DNA from: an uncultured Candidatus Saccharibacteria bacterium
GTDB lineage: Bacteria; Patescibacteriota; Minisyncoccia; RBG-13-40-8-A
Reading direction: 5' to 3'
Length of the DNA: 64,000 nt
NCBI GenBank assembly: GCA_965231075.1
Contig: OZ246412.1
Span: forward strand, 553,787 to 617,786
The position numbers and the translations under genes were made by a program. Numbering within the stretch: position 1 is the stretch's first letter; the number at the start of each line of letters is the position of its first letter. This document shows positions 47,967 to 57,038 of the stretch, piece after piece. The notes beneath the pieces were generated by a model. It saw only the letters and a list, made by a program, of their open reading frames with translations, was not told the DNA's origin and ran no database searches.

Positions 47967-48977
47967 TTAAATTAATTTTTCTTGTTTTCCGTTTTTTGGT
48001 TTAACATCGAGATGTTTGTAGGCGGCGGGGGTGACGACACGGCCTTGAGGAGTGCGAGCAAGAAAACCGATTTGCATTAAATACGGTTCGTAGATATCGG
48101 AAATCGTATCTCTTTCTTCGGAGGTAGCGGCGGCGATGGTTTCGATACCTACTGGTCCGCCATCAAATTTTTCAATAATAGTTCTAACAATCAATCGATC
48201 AATCGGTTCTAATCCCAAATGATCAATTTCCATCATTTCTAGTGCTTCTTCGGTAATTTTTTTGTTAATCTTGCCCTCTCCGTGAACTTGAGCATAATCT
48301 CTAACTCTTTTTAATAAACGATTTGCCACGCGAGGAGTTCTTCGAGCTCTTTGAGCAATTTCTTTTAATCCTTCCCTATCGGCCTCGATATTTAAAATCT
48401 TTGCCGAACGATTTAAGATATCTTCAATATCCTTTTCTTCATAAAAATCTAGATGATAAGTTGCGCCGAAACGATTTCGAAGAGGCGACGACAATAAACT
48501 AATGCGCGTGGTTGCAGCAATCATGGTAAATGGCGGGATGTCCAATTGAATACTTCTCGCCGACGGACCTTTGCCGATAATAATATCCAGATGAAAATCT
48601 TCCATCGCTGGATATAGATACTCTTCGATTAGTTTGTTTAAACGGTGTGCCTCATCAATAAACAAAACATCACCCTTTTCAAGATTGGTTAATATAGAAG
48701 CTAGATCGCCGACTTTCTCAATTGCTGGTCCGGAAGTAATTTTTATGTTTTTACCAAGCTCTTTAGCAATAATGTGTGCTAGTGTTGTCTTTCCTAGTCC
48801 TGAACCTCCATATAATAGTATGTGTTCGACCGCCTCATCACGTTTTTTGGCTGCTTCAAGCAAAACTTTGAGATTTTTCTTAACCTTTTCTTGACCAAAA
48901 TACTCTGTAAGCTCATTAGGCCTAAGAGTTTTGTCGAGGGTATTATCTTCTGATTGTTGTCGTGGGTCGGTAAACAT
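47967..48977 (-). CDS. ruvB: Holliday junction helicase RuvB
   Basis: [44 protein letters not shown]. Confidence 0.97.
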   Translation of the reverse strand: MFTDPRQQSEDNTLDKTLRPNELTEYFGQEKVKKNLKVLLEAAKKRDEAVEHILLYGGSGLGKTTLAHIIAKELGKNIKITSGPAIEKVGDLASILTNLEKGDVLFIDEAHRLNKLIEEYLYPAMEDFHLDIIIGKGPSARSIQLDIPPFTMIAATTRISLLSSPLRNRFGATYHLDFYEEKDIEDILNRSAKILNIEADREGLKEIAQRARRTPRVANRLLKRVRDYAQVHGEGKINKKITEEALEMMEIDHLGLEPIDRLIVRTIIEKFDGGPVGIETIAAATSEERDTISDIYEPYLMQIGFLARTPQGRVVTPAAYKHLDVKPKNGKQEKLI

Positions 48978-48990
48978 GTGGATAAAAAGC

Positions 48991-49019
48991 TTGACAAGGT
49001 TTAGTTAATCTGCTATAAT
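48991..49019 (+). promoter_or_regulatory. perfect consensus sigma70 promoter
   Basis: TTGACA-17 bp-TATAAT. Confidence 0.85.
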
Positions 49020-49065
49020 AGACGCAGAGAATAGAAATAGGCGTAAAATACCTATTTTTATTTAT

Positions 49066-49258
49066 GCTCTTTTTCAATAACCTGTAGGCAATAAGGGTAA
49101 CCAAATTTTTTATTAAAATTTACCCTTTGGAGCTTTTCTTAGTTTAGGATGTTCCGGTTCCCTCCTTGATGAGGTCTCAACTGGAGTATTCCTCGGAAAA
49201 TTTCTAAACTTCGGATCCTAAGCCGATGTCACTTGCCTACAGATTATTGGAAGAGAGC
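49066..49258 (+). ncRNA. structured ncRNA, 6S RNA-like
   Basis: 26-bp closing stem (25 pairs, 2 G-U), central junction with side hairpins, long apical irregular stem; own promoter and terminator; no credible ORF. Confidence 0.6.
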
Positions 49259-49260
49259 TT

Positions 49261-49287
49261 ATCTCGACACAGTGTCGAGATTTTTTT
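49261..49287 (+). terminator. intrinsic terminator
   Basis: ATCTCGACAC-A-GTGTCGAGAT followed by a T run. Confidence 0.8.
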
Positions 49288-50956
49288 ATCCTAAGATTCT
49301 TTCTACTTCGTCTAGAGTTGTAACCTTTTGCAAGACCTTTAACAATCCGTCTTGCTTCATTAAAACCATTCCCGATCTTATGGCAGTTTCTTTAATCTCG
49401 ACGATTGATGGGGTTTTCAAAATGACTTTTTCCATGGCATCGTCAACAATAAACAACTCAAATACGCCAATTCTTCCTTTATATCCTGTAAAATTGCAAT
49501 AAGCACAACCTTCTTTCGACGCCTCTTTAATTGTGGCCTTGTCGAAATCGGGCTTTGATACGCGGTCGGGTAAACTACCTAGGCCGTTTTTTATTTTTTC
49601 TAATGTTTCCTTGTCCGGCTTAATTTCTTTAGAACATTTAGGGCAGACTTTTCTCAATAATCTTTGGGCGATAATTAAATTTAATGCCGGAGGAATCATG
49701 GTTGGGTTAACCTTCATATCAATCAATCGAGGAATTGCTCCAGCAGCGTCATTGGTATGTAATGTAGAAAATACCAGGTGACCCGTGAGAGCGGCATTAA
49801 TTGCGGTTGCGGCAGTTTCGCCGTCGCGAACTTCTCCGATCAAAAGAATGTCTGGATCTTGACGCAAAATCGATCTTAATCCCGAAGCAAAAGTGTAGCC
49901 CTTCTCTGATTCAACCTGGGTTTGTTCAACGCCCTCGAGATGATATTCAATAGGATCTTCAAGGGTTATAATTTTTGACCCCGGATCATTAACCGCTTTT
50001 AGAAAAGCATATAATAAAGTAGTTTTACCAGAACCAGTTGGACCAGTGGTGATAATCATGCCGTTGGGCTTCTTTAATTCTTCTTGAACAATTTTAAAAT
50101 CGTCTTCTCGAATTCCTAAATCCTCCATTTTTAGGCCAATCGTCTTAGGATCTAAAATTCTCAAAACGATATTTTCGCCATAATCGGCAGGGATAATTGA
50201 AGTTCTAATTTCAATTTCTTTGTTCTGTGATTTAAAACTGAATCTTCCATCTTGTGGCACGTCGTGAACATTTAGTTTTAGCTCAGAAAGCATTTTTATT
50301 CGAGAAAGCAATAATTGAAATGACGCCGAAGGAATATCAGCGGCGTCTTGTAATATTCCGTCTAATCGATATCTTAGGCGTGTAGTATTTTTGGCTTCGT
50401 TTTCAAAATGCACGTCCGATGCGTCTAATTTTAGTCCAGCTGCCATAACAATATTTAACAATTCACTGGTTTGGATATTAGGTTGCTCTAATTTTTGTTT
50501 TAAGTCCTCAATGGTGTTAATTCCGCCTTGGATCTGCTGAAGTTCTTCGGAACTAATTTCTGCTTTTCGAGAAATATCTTTCTTCTCCGGTCTCACATAT
50601 TGAAATCGGTCCCACGCCCTTTGAATACTGCTCTTTGAAACAATGTTTGGTTTGGGAATGAATCCTTTAATTTCCAAATTATGTAGAAATTCAATAGTTT
50701 CCTTTAATCGTGGATCTAAAACAGCGACAAATAATTCCTTTTGTTTTTGTTCAATGGCCGCGGCCTGTGCTTTTTTTGATTCCATTTCAGTTGAAAGAGC
50801 TAGTGCTTCATCATTAATTGTAGAAATTCGTAAATCTAAATAAGGAAAACCCAGCTCATTGGCTAGGTTCTTAGCTTTTTGTTCTTCGGCCTCGCGGTGA
50901 AGTAATTTTATCTTGGCTTCGGCTTTTTGGTTTTGCTCTTTATCTTTTATTGGCAT
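49286..50956 (-). CDS. type IV pilus assembly ATPase (PilB/GspE family)
   Basis: ASDVH, PQDGRF, TGPTGSGKTT, LEDPIEY, LRQDPD, TGHLVFSTLHTND, CPKC/CAYC, GRIGVFE. Confidence 0.93.
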   Translation of the reverse strand: MPIKDKEQNQKAEAKIKLLHREAEEQKAKNLANELGFPYLDLRISTINDEALALSTEMESKKAQAAAIEQKQKELFVAVLDPRLKETIEFLHNLEIKGFIPKPNIVSKSSIQRAWDRFQYVRPEKKDISRKAEISSEELQQIQGGINTIEDLKQKLEQPNIQTSELLNIVMAAGLKLDASDVHFENEAKNTTRLRYRLDGILQDAADIPSASFQLLLSRIKMLSELKLNVHDVPQDGRFSFKSQNKEIEIRTSIIPADYGENIVLRILDPKTIGLKMEDLGIREDDFKIVQEELKKPNGMIITTGPTGSGKTTLLYAFLKAVNDPGSKIITLEDPIEYHLEGVEQTQVESEKGYTFASGLRSILRQDPDILLIGEVRDGETAATAINAALTGHLVFSTLHTNDAAGAIPRLIDMKVNPTMIPPALNLIIAQRLLRKVCPKCSKEIKPDKETLEKIKNGLGSLPDRVSKPDFDKATIKEASKEGCAYCNFTGYKGRIGVFELFIVDDAMEKVILKTPSIVEIKETAIRSGMVLMKQDGLLKVLQKVTTLDEVERILG

Positions 50957-51067
50957 ATTTTAATACTATTCTATATCCAGAAAAAATGCAAGCGAGGAGG
51001 TAATCGCTATTGACAAATAGGCGGTTATATGATAATATATAAGCATTCTAGGACAAGGAGAAAAAGC

Positions 51068-51622
51068 ATGAAAAAACTGATTGTTCTCTTGATCGTGGTT
51101 GTGTCTTTGAGTTCCGGGTGCTCCGTTGCTCGGGCCCTATTCATGGATCCGCGGGTCTCGGCCGAAATGCGCCTGGAGAACGTCGCCAGGAGTTACAAGG
51201 TCACGACCGACGTGGTCGTGAAGATCATCGGCCAGAGCAAGGACACCAAGGTCGCCGAGAAGGTTTTCAGCGACTTCGGGTTTCTGGTTCAGGATGAGGA
51301 ATTCATTTCCGACCCGGATTTCAAAATCCTGGTTGAGCGTGAAGACCTCGGCGGTGGAGGGAGATCGAACTACGGGTTCGGTTTTTCCAATAACCAGAAG
51401 TCCTTGGTTCGGGCCAGATTAACGATCTCCAACAAGGGGATCAAGAAGATCATCGAGGACACCACGGCATATACTCACAGGACGAGTTACTCCGACGGGT
51501 ACAGTTCCAGGTATAACTACCAGAACGATCCCGGCGAAGTCGCGTTCCGTGGCGCTCTGATGGTATGTATCGGCAAATTCATCGATGAGGCCGATATACC
51601 CTATCGAAAGATCAATAAGTAA
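51068..51622 (+). CDS. putative lipoprotein, GC-rich ORFan
   Basis: MKKLIVLLIVVVSLSSGC lipobox, AAGGAG SD, visibly higher GC3 than neighbours. Confidence 0.7.
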   Translation: MKKLIVLLIVVVSLSSGCSVARALFMDPRVSAEMRLENVARSYKVTTDVVVKIIGQSKDTKVAEKVFSDFGFLVQDEEFISDPDFKILVEREDLGGGGRSNYGFGFSNNQKSLVRARLTISNKGIKKIIEDTTAYTHRTSYSDGYSSRYNYQNDPGEVAFRGALMVCIGKFIDEADIPYRKINK

Positions 51623-51646
51623 AATCTCGTCGCGCACCTTCATTTC

Positions 51647-51672
51647 GCCCCGACCCGTGTCGGGGCTTTTTT
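51647..51672 (+). terminator. intrinsic terminator
   Basis: GCCCCGAC-CCGT-GTCGGGGC-TTTTTT. Confidence 0.8.
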
Positions 51673-51703
51673 ATTTGCTTTAATCTTGCTAATATAAAGG
51701 TAT

Positions 51704-52132
51704 ATGGCAGAACAATTTTTAGTGCAAAGCAAAAAACAGACAGAAAATCTAGCAAAAATGTTGGCTGGCGAAATTTTAAAACACAAAAATAATAAAAAAC
51801 AGGCGTTAGTTTTTGGATTTGTAGGAAATTTAGGCGCAGGGAAAACAACCTTTATTCAATCGTTCGCCAAGGGATTAGGCATTAGAAGTCGTTTAACCAG
51901 CCCGACCTTTGTTTTAATGAAAAAATACGGCAATTTGTATCACATGGATTGTTATCGGATTAAAGATTTTAAAGATATTTTAGCATTAGATTTTGCGGAA
52001 ATTATAAATGATTTTAAGAATATTGTTGTCATCGAGTGGGCAGAAAAAATTAAAAAAATTCTTCCCAAAGATACGGTTTGGATTAAATTTAAAATTCTGC
52101 CTCAAAACAAAAGAAAAATAGAAATTAGTTAA
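51704..52132 (+). CDS. tsaE: tRNA t6A biosynthesis ATPase TsaE
   Basis: GNLGAGKTTF, TSPTFVL, HMDCYR, IEWA. Confidence 0.95.
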   Translation: MAEQFLVQSKKQTENLAKMLAGEILKHKNNKKQALVFGFVGNLGAGKTTFIQSFAKGLGIRSRLTSPTFVLMKKYGNLYHMDCYRIKDFKDILALDFAEIINDFKNIVVIEWAEKIKKILPKDTVWIKFKILPQNKRKIEIS

Positions 52133-52134
52133 TT

Positions 52135-53076
52135 ATGAAGAGATTAGTATTAATTGATTCTAACGCTATTGTTCATAAGGCATTTCATGCTATTCCGCCG
52201 TTGACTAATCGTGACGGAGAACAAGTGAATGCGATTTATGGTTTTGCTTCAATCCTATTGAAGATTATTGGCGATTTAAATCCTGATTATATTGCTGCAA
52301 CCTATGATTTGCCTGCCCCAACATTTAGACATTTAGAATATGACGCGTACAAAGCCAAGAGAGTAAAAGCGCCAGATGAGTTATATGAGCAAATCCCTAA
52401 ATCACAAGAAGTTTTAAAGGGTTTTAATATTAATATTTTCCAAAAAGAAGGATATGAAGCCGATGACATTATCGGAACAATCGCTAGAAAATTCAGCGAT
52501 AAATTAGAGATTTTAATTTTGACTGGCGACCTAGACACCCTGCAATTAATTGATGAAAATATTCGCGTTTATGCTCTACGCAAAGGCATGTCTGATATTG
52601 TGATTTATGATGCCAAAAAAGTTTTTGAACGATATGAATTACAGCCTGACCAAATGATCGATTATAAAGGATTAAGAGGAGATCCGTCGGACAACATTCC
52701 TGGCATTAAGGGCGTGGGCGAAAAAACAGCACAAATTTTATTGAAAGAATTCCATACGATTGAAAACATGTACAAGGTTCTGGATAAAATTAAACCTGCC
52801 GATACAAAAAAATACAAATTTTTAACGCCAAAATTATTAGAAAAGATTAGACAAGAAAAACAAATGGCATTTTTTAGTAAAAAATTATCGACAATCTACG
52901 ATAAAGTGCCGATCGATGTTGAATTAAAAGATTTGGATTGGAAAAAAGGATACGAAGTTAAAAATGCCGAACTCTCTTTAGACAAATATCATTTCAAATC
53001 ATTGATTAATCGTTTGTATGGTCGTGAAGGAAAGCCAAAAGAAGTAAAAACTAATCCGCAACAGAAGTTAATTTAA
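52135..53076 (+). CDS. stand-alone 5'-3' exonuclease (PolA N-terminal/FEN-like)
   Basis: LIDSN, FRH..Y..YKAKR, GYEADDIIGT, TGDLD, GDPSDNIPGIKGVGEKTA; no polymerase domain. Confidence 0.9.
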   Translation: MKRLVLIDSNAIVHKAFHAIPPLTNRDGEQVNAIYGFASILLKIIGDLNPDYIAATYDLPAPTFRHLEYDAYKAKRVKAPDELYEQIPKSQEVLKGFNINIFQKEGYEADDIIGTIARKFSDKLEILILTGDLDTLQLIDENIRVYALRKGMSDIVIYDAKKVFERYELQPDQMIDYKGLRGDPSDNIPGIKGVGEKTAQILLKEFHTIENMYKVLDKIKPADTKKYKFLTPKLLEKIRQEKQMAFFSKKLSTIYDKVPIDVELKDLDWKKGYEVKNAELSLDKYHFKSLINRLYGREGKPKEVKTNPQQKLI

Positions 53077-53080
53077 ATTC

Positions 53081-53896
53081 ATGCCAGAATTACCCGAGGT
53101 AGAAACAATTAAAAGAGAACTAGACAAAACAATCGTCGATAAAAAAATTACTGACGTGATTGTTTATAATCCCAAGGTAATCAAGGAGCCGAAAAAAGAA
53201 AAATTTATCAAGGAATTAAAAAATGTTAAAATTAAAAAAATAATTAGGAAGGGAAAATTGTTGATTTTAGAACTTTCTTCAGGTAAATTTTTAACTGTTC
53301 ATTTAAGAATGACTGGGCAAATTATCTATCCCCGTCAGGGCGGGGTAAACCCCCAGAAATCGACCAGAGTGAGTTTTAAACTGTCGAACGGAAAAATAAT
53401 CGATTTCAACGATTCTCGGTTACTCGGAGAATTAAGGTTGATTGATGATTGGCGAGATTTAAAATTTATTAAAGAACTTGGACCAGAACCATTTGAGATT
53501 GATATTAAAAAATTTAAGGAATTATTAAAAAACCGAAAAACTAAAATCAAACCCCTGCTTTTAGACCAAAAATTTATTTCCGGAGTAGGAAATCTTTATG
53601 CCGTAGAAGCATTATTCGGGGCGAAAATTGATCCCAGAAGATCGGCAAGCTCGCTAAAGGACAAGGAAATTGAATTGTTGTTTAAGGAAATCAAAAGAAT
53701 CTTATTATTGGCGATAAAACACGGCGGTTCTTCGGTTGATGACTACACAAGAGTGTCGGGAAAGAAGGGAGATTATATGAAATTTATTAGAGTTTACGAT
53801 AGAAAAGGAGAGAAGTGTTATAAATGTAAGGGAAAGATAGAAAGAATTTCTTTGGGTGGACGTGGAACATATTTTTGCCCACGATGCCAACGATAA
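53081..53896 (+). CDS. mutM: formamidopyrimidine-DNA glycosylase
   Basis: MPELPEVET, HLRMTG, LLDQK.ISGVGNLY, Zn finger CYKC...CPRCQ. Confidence 0.96.
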   Translation: MPELPEVETIKRELDKTIVDKKITDVIVYNPKVIKEPKKEKFIKELKNVKIKKIIRKGKLLILELSSGKFLTVHLRMTGQIIYPRQGGVNPQKSTRVSFKLSNGKIIDFNDSRLLGELRLIDDWRDLKFIKELGPEPFEIDIKKFKELLKNRKTKIKPLLLDQKFISGVGNLYAVEALFGAKIDPRRSASSLKDKEIELLFKEIKRILLLAIKHGGSSVDDYTRVSGKKGDYMKFIRVYDRKGEKCYKCKGKIERISLGGRGTYFCPRCQR

Positions 53897-53904
53897 TATT
53901 ATTC

Positions 53905-54062
53905 AAATTTATTTTATATGTCGATACGTGTTGGTGCAATCATAAAAATTATTTATTCGTCGATACGCGTCGACGCCCCAGCGTGGCGTCGCGCTCTCTC
54001 TCGGCCTCGCCCTAACCATGCGCTCGGCCTGCGAGGCGATCTCCTTAATAAATAATTTTTAT
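53905..54062 (+). repeat. structured repeat element: partial copy D (53905-53942) plus full copy C (53942-54062)
   Basis: Closing inverted repeat ATAAAAATTATTTATT, GATAC-GCG(T)CGACGCC/GGCGTCGCGC, TCTCGGCC..GGCC-TGC-GAGG. Confidence 0.8.
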
Positions 54063-54085
54063 TAAAATTAAAAATTGATATTTTT

Positions 54086-55126
54086 ATGAAAAAAATTAAA
54101 ATAATTCTAATAGTTGTAATAATTTTAATAATTGCCGGAGCAATTTTTTGGTTTTTTGGTAAAAAAAATATAGATATATCGCCAAATGGCGATCAACAAA
54201 AAGAAGAACCTAAAGATGAAACAGGAATAAATCCAATAACTGGAGAAAAATGCGAAAATTATAATCGTCGACCGATTGCCGTGATGATGGCGAACGATGC
54301 AATCAATCGACCATTGTCGGGAATCAGTCAGGCGGATGTAATTATTGAAATGCCCGTGATTACTGGCGGAATTACGCGTCTGATGGCAATTTATGGTTGT
54401 GAAACGCCGAAAGAAATTGGTTCGGTGCGTAGTGCACGTCATGATTATATTCCATTGGCACTGGGATTTAATGCAATTTATGCGCACTGGGGCGGTTCGC
54501 ATTTTGCCTATGATCAATTAAACAAAGGAATTATTGAGAATATTGATGCCATGACTGACCAATATCAGGCGTATTATCGAACCTCAGACAAGGAGCCACC
54601 ATATAACGGTTTTACTTCTCTGGAAAGATTGATTAATGCAGCAAAAAAATTCGGATATAGTTTAGAAAATAATTTTTCCGGATACCCGCACTTAAAAAAT
54701 CCAAAATCCAAAATCCAAAATCCAAATACTGGCGGAAAGCTGACTATCGGCTACGGCGGAGAATTTAGAGTTTCTTATGCATATAATAAGGAAGAAAATG
54801 TTTATCAAAGATATAGAACAAATTTAAGAGAAACAGATAAAAACAATGGTAATCAGGCGGAAGTGAGTGTGGTAGCGGTAATGCGCGCCGAATCACATAT
54901 GATCGAGGTGCCAAACTATAACGAAGTGGACGTGCAAGGTGAAGGTGAGGCAAAGATTTATCAAAATGGTGAAGAAATAAAAGGAATTTGGAAAAAAACT
55001 GGCAATTATTCAAATTCCAAACTTACATTTATTGGCGAAAATGGCAAAGAGATAGAATTTACACCTGGTAAAATTTGGATAGAAATCGTGGAACCGAATA
55101 CAGAGGTAAAATGGGAGACATTTTAA
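54086..55126 (+). CDS. DUF3048 (YerB-like) membrane-anchored protein
   Basis: RPIAVM.AN, RP.SGISQAD...E, GGITR, IGSVRSAR, AHWGGS. Confidence 0.88.
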   Translation: MKKIKIILIVVIILIIAGAIFWFFGKKNIDISPNGDQQKEEPKDETGINPITGEKCENYNRRPIAVMMANDAINRPLSGISQADVIIEMPVITGGITRLMAIYGCETPKEIGSVRSARHDYIPLALGFNAIYAHWGGSHFAYDQLNKGIIENIDAMTDQYQAYYRTSDKEPPYNGFTSLERLINAAKKFGYSLENNFSGYPHLKNPKSKIQNPNTGGKLTIGYGGEFRVSYAYNKEENVYQRYRTNLRETDKNNGNQAEVSVVAVMRAESHMIEVPNYNEVDVQGEGEAKIYQNGEEIKGIWKKTGNYSNSKLTFIGENGKEIEFTPGKIWIEIVEPNTEVKWETF

Positions 55127-55127
55127 T

Positions 55128-56057
55128 ATGATTTATTTTTTATATGGCGAGGATACATATAGATCTAAAGAAGAATTAAGGAAGATGGTTGAGGGTGCCC
55201 GCCTCCTCGGCGGACAAACCAGCAATAGCTGGTTTGATTTTATTAGAATTGATGCTAGTGACAGACAAACAGATGTTTTAAAAGAATTAAAACAGACAAT
55301 CAATACGGTCTCAATGTTTAGCGAAAAGAAGATGATGATCATCGAAAACGTTTTTGATTTAGACGATGATGATCAGGACAAAATATTAGAATTTCTCAAA
55401 AAATCAAAAATCGAGAACGGCAAAGACACAACATTAATTTTTTGGACGGAAGAAGTGAGTAGTGATTTGGGCAAGTATTTGAAGTCCAAGGCAGAATGTA
55501 AAGAATTCAAGCTATTGGAAGGTACACAACTTAAAAAATGGATCAAGGATTTTGTGGAAGAACAGCGGGGATCGATTGATAATTCAGCCATAGACAAATT
55601 AATCGGAGGAGCTGGCAATGATTTGTGGCGCTTATCCAATGAACTAAATAAGCTACTCGCCTACAATTTGACGATACGACCAGAAAACATAGAATTGTTT
55701 ATAAAACCGGAAATTGATTTAAAAATTTTTGATCTAGTCGATGCAATTGGATACAAGAACAAAGCCCAGGCATTGAAGCTTTTTAATCAACATATAAACG
55801 AAGGCGAAGATGAATATTATTTATTATCAATGATCGCTTACCAGATTCGTAATCTAATTAAAATCAAAACCGTTAAATCAATCGCATCGTTGGGACTGCA
55901 TCCTTTTGTTGCTAGGAAAAGTGAACAGCAAACCAAGAATTTTACCTATCAAGAATTAAAAAAAATCTACCGTCAGTTGATGACCATAGATTTTGAATCA
56001 AAACTAGGAAAGACAAACACTCAAACCGCTCTAGAGTTGCTTATTTCTGGGCTTTAG
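55128..56057 (+). CDS. holA: DNA polymerase III delta subunit
   Basis: MIYFLYGED, SMF, GNDLWRLSNELNKL, IFDLVDAI, LHPFV; convergent with rpsT. Confidence 0.9.
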   Translation: MIYFLYGEDTYRSKEELRKMVEGARLLGGQTSNSWFDFIRIDASDRQTDVLKELKQTINTVSMFSEKKMMIIENVFDLDDDDQDKILEFLKKSKIENGKDTTLIFWTEEVSSDLGKYLKSKAECKEFKLLEGTQLKKWIKDFVEEQRGSIDNSAIDKLIGGAGNDLWRLSNELNKLLAYNLTIRPENIELFIKPEIDLKIFDLVDAIGYKNKAQALKLFNQHINEGEDEYYLLSMIAYQIRNLIKIKTVKSIASLGLHPFVARKSEQQTKNFTYQELKKIYRQLMTIDFESKLGKTNTQTALELLISGL

Positions 56058-56307
56058 CGATTAATTTTGTTAATCGAGATTTTTTCCGCGCGGAAGTGTT
56101 TTTCTTGATTACTCCGGTTTTAGCCGCCTTATCCAGTGCTTTATAAGCAAGCGGAAGAAGTTTGATTGCTTCTTCTTTTTTGTTTTCTGCCATCAGTTTC
56201 TTGATTTTTTTAACGGTATCGCGTAAAACATTAAATCGACGAAGATTTCTTTCCCTTCGAGTTTTATTTTGTCTTAACGCCTTTTTTGCTGATTTTGTTA
56301 TTGGCAT
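56041..56307 (-). CDS. rpsT: 30S ribosomal protein S20
   Basis: MPITKSAKKALRQ, LDKAAKTGVIKKN.SARKKSRL. Confidence 0.96.
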   Translation of the reverse strand: MPITKSAKKALRQNKTRRERNLRRFNVLRDTVKKIKKLMAENKKEEAIKLLPLAYKALDKAAKTGVIKKNTSARKKSRLTKLIAKAQK

Positions 56308-56312
56308 ATTAT

Positions 56313-56996
56313 TTATAGATTAGCAGAGATTAATTTTTTTGTCCAGTTTTGAGAATTTAGCTCGTTTATTTTTGTGGAATTCTCAATGGAGAATTTACCA
56401 ATTTTGGTTCGGGTTAATGCTTCCAAATAAGCTCCGCAGCCGAGTTTTTGGCCAATATCGTGGGCCAAGCTTCTAATGTATGTGCCACGACTACAATCGA
56501 CCTCGATTTTAAGGCGTGGCCATTCATAATTTAAAATTTTAATGTCGTAAATTTTTATTTTTCTCGGTTTTAATTCTGGTTTTTCGCCTTGCCATGCTAG
56601 CTTGTATGCCCTGACCCCGTTTACTTTAATTGCCGAATGGATTGGTGGCACTTGGTCAATTTCACCGATAAAAGATTTAATTGTATCTTGAACTGTCTGA
56701 ATATTGGGATTTGTTTGGTTGTTGTGTCTTGTATCTTGTGTCTTTTCGCCCTCTACATCATATGTACTCGACGTTTCTCCCAATTTCAATGTTCCAATAT
56801 ATGTCTTTGGCATGTCCATGAACTTGGTCTGTAGTTTGGTTGCGTTGTTAATTAGAATAATAAGCACTCCCTCGGCGAAAGGGTCTAGGGTTCCGGCATG
56901 GCCAACTTTTTTTGTACGGGTGATCTTCTTGATTCGGTCCACAATGTCGTAAGAGGTTGGGCCGGCTGGTTTGTTTATGATTAATATTCCGTCCAT
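56313..56996 (-). CDS. truB: tRNA pseudouridine(55) synthase TruB (no PUA domain)
   Basis: KVGHAGTLDPFAEG, QVPP.HSAIK, CSRGTYIRSL. Confidence 0.95.
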   Translation of the reverse strand: MDGILIINKPAGPTSYDIVDRIKKITRTKKVGHAGTLDPFAEGVLIILINNATKLQTKFMDMPKTYIGTLKLGETSSTYDVEGEKTQDTRHNNQTNPNIQTVQDTIKSFIGEIDQVPPIHSAIKVNGVRAYKLAWQGEKPELKPRKIKIYDIKILNYEWPRLKIEVDCSRGTYIRSLAHDIGQKLGCGAYLEALTRTKIGKFSIENSTKINELNSQNWTKKLISANL

Positions 56997-57038
56997 TGAT
57001 TTGAATTGTAATAAGGGTTATTATTAATCTGAGGTTTC

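Noticed and set aside
49165-49200. TTGATGAG...GGAAA resembling a hammerhead ribozyme core
   Set aside because: Core is UUGAUGA rather than CUGANGA, stem II and stems I/III do not form properly, and the bases fit the rod structure better
49233-49502. 89-aa ORF as the product of the strong promoter
   Set aside because: TTG start lies inside the RNA closing stem, the ORF crosses the terminator and is antisense to pilB
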